A stretch of 32,000 nt of DNA. It comes from Paramicrosporidium saccamoebae KSL3. Taxonomy: Eukaryota; Fungi; Cryptomycota. The translations under genes and the position numbers were made by a program. The notes below the pieces were generated by a model. That model was not told the DNA's origin. It saw nothing but the letters and a program-made list of their open reading frames with translations, and made no database searches. The first letter of the stretch is position 1; each line of letters starts with the position of its first letter. This document shows, piece by piece, positions 20,148 through 29,303 of the stretch. Location of the stretch: the NCBI GenBank assembly GCA_002794465.1, contig MTSL01000206.1, forward strand, positions 38,786-70,785. Reading direction: 5' to 3'.

Positions 20148-20648
20148 ATGGGGCCATGTTACCTTCTGGTCTGCACCCTGCGCCATTTTGGTCGCATTTC
20201 CGTCCCATTATACACCCACAACAGCACCATCATGTCAAGAGCCAGGTTTGGCATTGTAGGTCCCACTGAGGTCGCGTCCCAGCCAATGGCAGACTGTATA
20301 CAAAGAATGAAAATTGTTTTGAAGAGTAGGCGGGCAGTCGGAATTTGTGCACCCCAGCTGGGGTTTGACTTTTGTTTACTCGCCTGGCGAGACTACTATG
20401 GAAAAATCAGGTTCCTTTGCAATCCCAAGATTACACCACTGGGCACGGAAACATTTTCTCTGCGAGAAGGTTGTTTGAGTTCGCCAGGCCTGCGACATGA
20501 GGTCATTCGGACGCGTGACATTGTCGTAAATGGAGTAGACCTTGAAATGAAACCAGTGAAATACAACCTCTCAAAACTTGACGCCGCCATCATACAACAC
20601 GAAATGGATCATCTGGAAGGACGTCCGTGGCCACCACAAATCAAATGA
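20148..20648 (+). CDS. PDF: Peptide deformylase, probably organellar
   Basis: Motif 1 AVGICAPQLG (degenerate), motif 2 EGCLS, motif 3 QHEMDHLEG. In-frame ATG 20148 gives an Arg-containing, acid-free N-terminus. Confidence 0.88.
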   Translation: MGPCYLLVCTLRHFGRISVPLYTHNSTIMSRARFGIVGPTEVASQPMADCIQRMKIVLKSRRAVGICAPQLGFDFCLLAWRDYYGKIRFLCNPKITPLGTETFSLREGCLSSPGLRHEVIRTRDIVVNGVDLEMKPVKYNLSKLDAAIIQHEMDHLEGRPWPPQIK

Positions 20649-20708
20649 TTATTATTTAAAGAAGGCATCGAAGCGGTATGCTACACTTCCCACCACAGCT
20701 CAATGCGA

Positions 20709-21461
20709 CTATTTACGGAAAGCATCGATCCGATAGGTTATAGCTCCCTCCACCACATGTTCCCCATCGTCGGTCAATTTTACCGTCGGGGTTAGCAATT
20801 CCTGGCACTGGCGCGTTATGTTTATGACCCGGGGATATTTATCGAGTAATGTGCCTGGGAAATGAGTATCGCATGGCATGGATGGATGATCAGTCAGGCG
20901 AGTCAGGAAGACGCAATCACAGCCACCATCATAATCACGGTTGAGGGCTGCTTCGTATATGCCACTTCCACCTAACATTAGACAGCTACTCTGTAACTTA
21001 TACCAAGGATAAATATTTGACCTGTACCGGCAAGTCGACTTGCTTCTTCTACTGCAGACTCAAAGCTTGTCACAGCAACAACATCGGGATGCCGATTTCC
21101 ATCTTTTGCACTAATGCGTCAGGACAGTTATCCCATATCGATACTTGAAAGACTGCACATCTCGTGTAACAATGATATTGATTCGATCTTCCATAGGTTT
21201 GAACCGGGTGGGAATGGAGTCCCACGTCTTCCGTCCCATTATTACAGCATTTCTGACTCCTGTGTCGAGGTCTGTGAATCGTATACTGTCACCGCAACAC
21301 TCGTAGTGATGAGTGGTTACAAATTTCAGGAACGCCATGTCCAGTTGCAATCTTTTTGGGTGCCATGGCAATTTCTCCTCATTCCCAATGCCCCATTCCT
21401 TTGTCACAGCCGCCACGACGGCAAACCTTCCGTCAACCTTCTGATTCGATAATAACGGCAT
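20709..21461 (-). CDS. DFR1: Dihydrofolate reductase
   Basis: Exons 21461-21145, 21110-21004, 20971-20709 (introns 34, 32 nt). GIGNEEKLPW, NAVIMGRKTWDSIP, RINIIVTR, spliced IFILGGSGIY, CDTHFP. Confidence 0.93.
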
Positions 21462-21583
21462 CCCCACGTCTTCTAATTGGTCCGTTGCCCTTTATTTTAT
21501 TGGTTGCTGAGCGTTAACGACCGACCGTTTACCTCGTTATCTGGCGAGGCTGGGCATAGTTGTGCAGCCGTCCTGCCGAAAAA

Positions 21584-22224
21584 ATGTCGTCTCCAGGTCG
21601 GAGGATCCAAACGGACGTCATGAAGCTGTAAGGGGGCGTGCGGGAGAGTAACCTTGTTGTAGTATCATGGCCCAGTATGAGGTGCAGCTAATCAACGAAA
21701 GCATGCACGAGTTTTACGTCATGTTTTCCGGACCCAAAGAAAGTACCGCATAGGCGTTGTACTTATTTGTCGTAGCACCTTTTGAAGGCGGAGTTTGGAA
21801 AGTCCACGTGGAACTACCCGAGAACTATCCGTACAAGTCACCCTCCATTGGTTTTATGAGTCGCATCTTCCATCCCAACATTGATGAAATGTATCCCGTC
21901 TGTCGTCACTAATCGGCTAGGAGTGGTTCTGTATGTCTCGACGTCATCAACCAGTCATGGAGTCCCATGTTCGATCTGATCAACGTCTTTGAAGTCTTCC
22001 TCCCTCAACTCCTGCGCTATCCAAATCCAAGCGACCCGCTGAACGGAGAGGCGGCTGCTCTTATGATGCGTGACCCAAAGAGCTACGAAACAAAAGTCAA
22101 GGACTATGTTCGTCGGTTTGCCTCGGGTGACTCCTCTGAGGTGGCCATGAAGGAGGATGCAGATTCTGAAGTATCCTCCATTGCATATTATTCAGACGAT
22201 GAGGCAGAGCAGATGGAGTTGTAG
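21584..22224 (+). CDS. UBC8: Ubiquitin-conjugating enzyme E2, Ubc8/UBE2H type
   Basis: Exons 21584-21627, 21663-21742, 21776-21890, 21921-22224 (introns 35, 33, 30 nt). [46 protein letters not shown]. Confidence 0.96.
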
Positions 22225-22240
22225 TATAGTAAATAAAATT

Positions 22241-22413
22241 TGCGTGGGTTAATAAGTGGAGAGTTCCATGGCGTGGGACGATGGTTAGAAAAGTTTATTG
22301 CGTGGGTTGACGATTAGAAGAATCCATTGTGTGGCTTAATGAGCAGAGGAACCCATTGCGTGGGTTGATGAGCAGAGGAGTCCATTGCGTGGGTTGATGA
22401 TTAGAAGAATCCA
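22241..22413 (+). repeat. 29-nt tandem minisatellite (about 5.5 units) ending in the PMS1 start codon
   Basis: Units start at 22252, 22281, 22310, 22339, 22368 and 22397; consensus ATGAKYAGARGARTCCATTGCGTGGGTTG. Confidence 0.92.
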
Positions 22414-24241
22414 CGGTGGAACGGTCAGAGACTTGGCTGCAGCACAAGTCATTTTGGACCTGAGCGCGGCTGTAAAAGAATTGATTGAGAATAGCATTGA
22501 TGCTGGAGCAACTCAAATTGGTAAAAAGACCATAGTGTGCACTAAACAATACAGTGGTATCATTTTGGGGACTGGGATTGGAGGCTGTGGAAGTGACGGA
22601 TGACGGCTGTGGTATTAGCGTCGAGGACATGCACATTTTGGGAGAAAGGCATTGCACCTCTAAAATTACCACCGACGAGGATATCTATCAAGTACAGACG
22701 TTTGGATTTCGAGGCGAAGCACTCCACTCATTGGCGGCACTTTCTGAAGACCTTGTAGTGACCAGCCAAACTAGGACAAACTCGACCGGCACCGGCCTAC
22801 GTGTAAACCTTAAGAGCAAAGATACTGCCACACGCGTAGCCTGTCCAAGCGGGACCACAGTGAGATTGAGTGGCTTATTGTCATCGCTGCCGGTTCGACG
22901 GGCGGAATGGGAGCGAAATGCAAAGCGTCACCTTGCGCGGGCTCTCTGGCTCGTGCAGTCATATATTTTGGCAGTTCCAAACGTTAGAATTAGATGCATT
23001 GGGTGTACTAATGGCAAGTCGAGCGTATATTTTGCGTCAAGTGGATCAAATGATGCAAGCAAGGCATACGCAGAAGCATTCAAGGGAGAAATCAAGGGCT
23101 CCTTCCAGACCGCCTCAGTTGAGACGGAAGCATTCACTGCTACGCTGTATTTCACACGAGAAGGGAGGAGGTCGGCCGATCGACAATTTTCATTTCTCAA
23201 CAGTCGACCGTGCGATTTGCCACGCGTAATGAAAAAGCTTAACGAGACATTTCGGAATCATTCCTCGGATGTCATTTTTCCCATTTTTGTTCTCTTCATA
23301 AGTACCAATTCGCGGGTGGATGCCAATCTGACTCCTGACAAACGACAAGTTTCGATTCCCTTTGAAGACAGCCTCATTACATGTCTGTGTCAAGAATTTG
23401 ACCAGGCGCTTACTGACAAGATTGAGATACCAGTGAAACTGGCGCCAATCAAAGCTAGCGCTCCGTCGGATGATCAAATCCCATCTTCGCTATTCTCAAA
23501 GCCCGATATCAGAGACTGTAGCCACTGCACAGACGTCTTGCCTCAGGCCCATGTCCACGTGGACGTTTCCCTCGACAATTATGCTCAAATCTTGGAACGC
23601 AGCGATTTTGGTCGTATGCAAATTTTGGGTCAGTTTAATCACGGATTTGTTCTAACCAAGATTGAAGATGCAACAAAGGGAACAAGAGTGTTCATTGTGG
23701 ATCAACATGCGTCCGATGAGAGGTTTCGATTAGAATCATTACAGAGGGATCTTTCGTTTACTTGTCAAGCAATGTTGGTCCCCATCAAGGTTACAACTGG
23801 TCTCGACGACGTCATGTACATAATCGACAACCAAAAGGCTTTTTCTGAGCTTGGATTCGTAGTTCGTGTTCAAGACGACGACGATGGCAGGTCTATTTCA
23901 TTGCTATCGTCGCCTTTTGTGGCGGGAATTCAACTTGCCGAGTCTGGTATACCTTTGGGTAAATATTAATACGCAGATTTTCTGGAAATGGTGTCGCTGA
24001 TGAGGTTGGAGGAATTTGCCGGACTACACTGCTTATCACGAGTTGCAGAACAACTGGCATACCGAGCGTGCCGGTCTGCAATCATGATTGGAGATGCTCT
24101 CAATCTTCAGCAAATGGTCCAAGTGGTACGGAATTTGGAGGGCCTCCAAAGACCATGGGTATCAAAACATGTCCAATTTATTTGTAGATTTGCGCACACG
24201 GAAGGCCTACAGTCCGGCTATTATACATAACTGCCGCCTAG
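22397..24241 (+). CDS. PMS1: MutL-alpha endonuclease subunit (yeast Pms1/human PMS2 type)
   Basis: Exons 22397-22520, 22555-23946, 23977-24158, 24188-24241 (introns 34, 30, 29 nt), 583 aa. AVKELIENSIDAGAT, TFGFRGEAL, endonuclease motif DQHASDERFRLE, ACRSAIMIG, spliced WICAHGRPT. Confidence 0.95.
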
Positions 24242-25399
24242 GTGTGAACTACAGCAATTAGCACTGTAATGTCGTCCTGCTTCCTAGAAAAATTAGTAAA
24301 CATTTTGTCAGAGTATATACCCTCCAGAAAACATGTATCCATGACTAAGGGCACTTAGTGCAAACGGTGACTTCCAATGAACTTCGTTAGATCTTGCCCA
24401 TGAGTGCCATGCCAACGTAGTGGAGGCGCTCTTCACTCTCTCCTGTAGGGCAGCATCAAGTGACTGTATGTTACTCACCATCTTTGTCGCGCTTCGATTA
24501 GCCACTGGACCCACCATGGCGACCACCATATCAACAATCTCCTGTTCGTAGAGATTATCCAACACTCCGTCAGTGACCATTACAATCATATCACCAGATC
24601 TCAAAAAGACTGACTGGCGTGACTCGAATTGCTGAATCGAGCCATAGGGGTTTCCTTCTTGATCAAAGCCCACCTGATGCGGGGCATTGAACCCCTCAAC
24701 CCCCAGCTTGGTCTTTCGGAGCAACTTTCCATCACGAATAATCAAGGCACCCGAATCTCCAATGTTGCTAATGTCAAGTCTCCCGCTTTCATGGTCAAGG
24801 ATGGCCGTACAGAGAGTCGTAGAACCTTGCTTGTGCACTCTTTGAGCCGCCATCCGCTCAAATGCAAGACCTGCAACTTCACTCAACGGTAAGCGGGTTC
24901 CACTCGCAAGCCCTTTCATTTCCTCCAGAATTCCTGTGGATACTTTTGATGAGTCCCCACCAGACAATCCCCATCCTCCAACGCCATCTGCAACACCCAG
25001 AAACGTACGACCCTTACTGGGAGCTCCTGGTGCAACGGCGATGGAGAAGGCATCCTCTCCACATTCATGAGAGCTTGTGGAGGCGGTCTTTTTTATACAG
25101 TGGCCGGCGGCAAAGACGAGCAACTTTCCAGGATATTGCGTGACTTCTGGAGTCGAAGAGACCGGAGGGAACTCGGTTGAAACTTGCTTCTGCGTGAAAA
25201 GAGCCCATTTAGAGTGCACAAATTTGGCAAAATTTTCGGCCGTTTCATTCTTGCTAAACCAAAGAGCAGTGACAGCCACTGCACCCATTCCAATTACCAG
25301 AGATGTGATGATCCAACCAAGCGATATGGAACTATTCTTGGGAGGTCGCTTCTTTGCAGGAGTAGTGTCATTCTTTGTCATTTCCAGGGAATGCACCAA
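24238..25399 (-). CDS. PTC7: PP2C-family phosphatase, PTC7-like, with N-terminal hydrophobic segment
   Basis: Exons 25399-24321 and 24283-24238 (37-nt intron). CGEDAF, GVADGVGGW, GSTT, NIGDSG, TDGVLDNL, spliced GGKQDDITV. The start could be ATG 25381. Confidence 0.9.
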
Positions 25400-25470
25400 T
25401 CATAATGATTTCTCAGTGGAACTAGTCCATCAACAAAGTGACTCTTTTTATATTAAATTGAAAATAACTA

Positions 25471-26421
25471 TTAAACAATGTTAGCTCCGGAAGCCTCGCC
25501 TTGGTCCTCGGGGCTGTCAATCTTGTCGGGCGATGATTGGCTAATATCCAAATAACGATTAAAACGCTGCTCTGTGGGCGATCCAGACTGCTGGTTAGTT
25601 ATGGGCGGAAAGTACATTCGATACGACGAGTACGCGGCGATTGTTCCGATAATAGCGCCAGCAAGGACGTCCTGCCAATGGTGACGATAATCTATGATGC
25701 GGGTTAGCCCCACACATCCCGCTAACAGGAACGGCAACATGGAGACGACCAATTTGTAAACATGCCCTTCGCCATCAAATACTCCAAGCTGGCCAGCCAG
25801 GAAGAATCCAGCATAGCCCAGACCTCCGAACGAGGCTGAAGTGTGACCAGAGGGAAAACTCCTCCTTCCCTCATGAACCAGCTTTATCGGCCCACGACAC
25901 ACAACTTTGCTTAGGATAGATGGATCCGGATCACATCTGGCCAAGAAATCCGGCCTTGGTCTTCCCACCATTGGCTTAATCAACGTCGTCAACTGCACCG
26001 TAATCAACAGTGAAAGTAACAATCCCAAATAAACCACCAGCAGCTTCCTATTCCGAAACTGTCTAATCCCGAGCCATCCCGTAATCAAAATCAACGGGAT
26101 GATAAGCGCAAAGATTGGCACTGCCCAGTGCGGGATAATTTCGCTCTCAACATGAGGGAACATGATTGAACGGTCATCACGCCAGACAATTCGCTCGAAC
26201 GGTGGGATTGTAAAAATTAGAAAGTACGGAAGGGTAAGGACAAGAATTAGTAGCAGGTCATAGAGATAACTGACCAACAGACGCCGACGAGTAAAGAATC
26301 CACATAGCGCCGACATGAATCTGCGACGGCTGAGCAGTACCCCAACCTTATTGGGCGGTGTCATGCCCTCTTTGAGTCGCACCCAATCGAATTGCTCGAC
26401 CAGCCTCATTGGCGATGACAT
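25471..26421 (-). CDS. PAP2-family lipid phosphate phosphatase (DPP1/LPP1-like)
   Basis: KPMVGRPRPDF, SFPSGH and TRIIDYRHHWQDV catalytic motifs, several TM segments. The start is uncertain; in-frame ATGs include 26481 and 26421 inside the repeat and others downstream. Confidence 0.9.
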   Translation of the reverse strand: MSSPMRLVEQFDWVRLKEGMTPPNKVGVLLSRRRFMSALCGFFTRRRLLVSYLYDLLLILVLTLPYFLIFTIPPFERIVWRDDRSIMFPHVESEIIPHWAVPIFALIIPLILITGWLGIRQFRNRKLLVVYLGLLLSLLITVQLTTLIKPMVGRPRPDFLARCDPDPSILSKVVCRGPIKLVHEGRRSFPSGHTSASFGGLGYAGFFLAGQLGVFDGEGHVYKLVVSMLPFLLAGCVGLTRIIDYRHHWQDVLAGAIIGTIAAYSSYRMYFPPITNQQSGSPTEQRFNRYLDISQSSPDKIDSPEDQGEASGANIV

Positions 26422-26570
26422 GTGTAGTTTGGTGATAACTGGTGTGGTTTGACCATGACATGTGTATTTTGGTGATGACATGTGTAGTCTAGCGATGACG
26501 TGTGTATTTTGGCAATAGTGGATGTAGTTTGGCAGTAATGGCGTGTGTAGTTTAGCGGTGACATGTTTAA
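26411..26570. repeat. 20-nt tandem minisatellite (about 8 units) overlapping the 5' end of the PAP2 gene
   Basis: Units at 26411, 26431, 26451, 26471, 26491, 26511, 26531 (23 nt) and 26554; consensus GGYGATGACATGTGTAKTTT. Confidence 0.9.
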
Positions 26571-26927
26571 TATGGCTCTACGGTACTCGATTGTAACAGA
26601 ATCATAAACTCCAAAACTGTACGAGGTACCCAAAGACTGGTTACTCAGCTCAGAGGCATAATACTCCAACTAGTTGCAATATACTATGAGCAGCATAATA
26701 CTACTCATCCCTTGGGAGGTATATACAATCGATTTTTTGACTACACATCTTTTGTCTGGGTCCTTCCACATTTAATTTCCTAAAACTACATCCGACTTTA
26801 GACCCACCATTTTACGCTCGACTCTTTTTCTACAACCCACATTCATCTCCCCCTAATCTCATGTTCAATGCTGCATTGCCATCACTAGATACTCCCTCGA
26901 CCAGGGTCTCGACCTCGACACAAGAGA

Positions 26928-27752
26928 ATGGTACCTAATGCCCCTCATCCATCCATCTCTAACACTGTTTAGGCTCGTGGACCTCGCAAGCATTTGAAGC
27001 GTCTGGCGGCCCCCAAGTCGTGGATGCTGGACAAATTGTCCGGTACCTTTGCCCCTCGCCCCTCCTCTGGCCCCCACAAGCTCCGTGAGAGTCTCCCTCT
27101 TATTGTGCTCATCCGCAACCGCTTGAAGTACGCCCTGACCAAGCGTGAGGTTACCAGCATTGTTATGCAGCGCCTCATCAAGGTTGACAACAAGGTTCGC
27201 ACTGACTCTAACTACCCCACTGGCTTCATGGACGTTGTTCAGATCGAGAAGACTGGAGAAAACTTCCGCATCCTCTACGACACCAAGGGACGCTTTGTTG
27301 TGCACCGCATCTCTGATGAGGAGGCTCAATACAAGTTGTGCAAGGTTAAGAAGCTCCAAGTTGGCGCCAAGGGAGTCCCGTTCGTGGTTACCCATGACGG
27401 CCGCACCCTTCGCTACCCTGACCCCCTTATCCGAGTCAACGACACTGTCCGCGTGAACCTTGAGGCTGGAAAGGTTGAGGCCTTTGTCAAGTTTGAGGTT
27501 GGCAATATTGCCCTCGTTACTGGTGGCCACAGCATGGGTCGCGTGGGAACCATCACCCATCGCGAACGTCATCCCGGAGGTTTCGATATCGTCCACCTGA
27601 AGGATGCCCGTGATCAGACCTTTGCCACCCGTCTTGCCAACGTCTTTGTCATTGGTGAGAGCACTCAGTCCTGGATCTCTCTGCCCAAGGGCAAGGGTCT
27701 TAAGCTATCCATTGCTGAGGAGCGCGATAAGCGTCTTGGTCTCCGCAAATAA
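26928..27752 (+). CDS. RPS4: 40S ribosomal protein S4 (eS4)
   Basis: ATG-only first exon 26928-26930, 42-nt intron 26931-26972, then [21 protein letters not shown]..., 260 aa. Confidence 0.98.
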
Positions 27753-27986
27753 GTAGCTTGATTTGTTCCTGGACATACAATAAACGTACAATAATTCTTG
27801 ACTGATAGAGTGAAGGTGCTGCCGAGTCGTGTTTGTGTGGCCACATAGACAACTTTGGCCGAGTGGAAATTAATAAGCATTTCGCGCGTCGATCTTTACT
27901 GAAAAGGAAGGTCCAGCATGTTGCCTAATATGGAATGATAGCGAAAAGCGGCATCCTATGGGTCGACGCATGAACCAAAGGGGCAA

Positions 27987-29055
27987 ATGTCCGAGCACGC
28001 CCTCCGCAATGGTCTCCCGGATGCCAACGCCGAACTGCTGTCGGCCGAGGTAGCCCTCGCCTCCCGCGGGCTCTCCCGCTCGTACTCGCTCTCCTATATA
28101 CAGTCTATGCGGGACAATAACGATCCGGCACTTCCCCTCCAAATCCAGAACGTAGGCATTCTGCGAGTCTGACATGCTAGATGGTCACATCTATGCTCTC
28201 TACGCCATCCAGTATCATGCCTCTAACACCCGATGATGAATCATTCTTGTTTCAACCAGTGCCACTGGGTCAAAAAATCCAGTGCAAGGTGATTCGGAGG
28301 AAGCATAGTATGGGGTCGGTTTATCCACAGTACGAACTCTATTTGGAAGGGACCAATGGAGCGCGGTTTTTCCTAATGTCTGCCCGAAGGAAGAAAAAGG
28401 CCCGTGGTGCAACATACTTGATATCTCTGAATCGCTTTGATAGCGGTGATTTTGACGAACGCGTTGTTGCCAAAGTCAAGTGCAAAGTCTTTCTGAATTC
28501 ACATTGTAGATCTAATTTCTTGGGAACGCTGTTTACAGTCTACGATGGCAAGCGGGACAAGGAACGCAACGAACGTGCTGCAATACTATACCAACCCAAT
28601 ATTTTTGGGCTCTGCGGTCCTCGCAAGATGACCCTCCTTCTTCCTGGCCTCACTTCCGAGGGCCGAATCAAACCTCTCACATATAAATCGGGCAGCTGTC
28701 AGTTGCATGAAAAGTTCAAGACTGACGAGATTGCCGAGATTCTGGTGATGCGAAACAAGACACCACAATGGAATGATGGTATGTATTGAGTAGTATATGA
28801 CGTTTAGAGTCGGGTTCGTACGTGTTGAATTTCCATAATAGAGTGTCACAAGCCTCTGTGAAGAACTTTCAAGTTGTTCCCGACTTTGACTGTACACAAT
28901 ACGTAACTCTGTAATGGCTAGTGGACTATATTGTTATGCAATTTGGACGGGTTGGAGTGGACTCTTTTACAATGGACTTTCAATATCCGCTAAGTGCAAT
29001 ACAGGCATTTGGGATCACCCTAAGTAGTTTCGATCCAAAATTGGTATGTGAATAG
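27987..29055 (+). CDS. Tubby-domain protein (TULP-like)
   Basis: Exons 27987-28151, 28181-28479, 28510-28778, 28808-28891, 28922-29055 (introns 29, 30, 29, 30 nt). [14 protein letters not shown], spliced [27 protein letters not shown] and [25 protein letters not shown]. Confidence 0.92.
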
Positions 29056-29303
29056 TTTGGCATAAATTGAGGTGTATTCTACAAATGCAATTATGAGATA
29101 GTGGAATGTTTAGCTGGGTGCTGGCTGCCGGGTGCCGAGTGCTGGATATTTGGCCCAATATTAAAAGAAGAGTCAGAGTTTCCAATGTTTGACATATTGA
29201 CTCTTCAACGTTTGGGCACCATGTCGGTAATAAGCCGTTCTCTGTCACCCACTTTGCATTATATTGACACCACGATAATGCTCTCATCGCGCAACACAAT
29301 CCT

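Noticed and set aside
20148-21461. PDF plus DHFR as a transferred bacterial formyl/folate operon
   Set aside because: The genes are convergent, and DHFR has two spliceosomal introns and eukaryote-like length. Adjacency is probably incidental.
22241-22413. 29-nt array as a CRISPR array
   Set aside because: Units are contiguous with no unique spacers, the context is eukaryotic, and no cas genes are present. The same applies to the 20-nt array at 26411-26570.
25257-25300. Yeast-style alternative intron removing the PTC7 TM segment (GTAATT...TTTAG)
   Set aside because: The 44-nt candidate is not a multiple of 3, would frameshift the phosphatase, and has no clear branch site.
26422-26669. N-terminal extension of PAP2 (MSSPKYTCHG...) and ORF 26406-26669 as real protein
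   Set aside because: Both are translations of the 20-nt minisatellite; no support as coding sequence.
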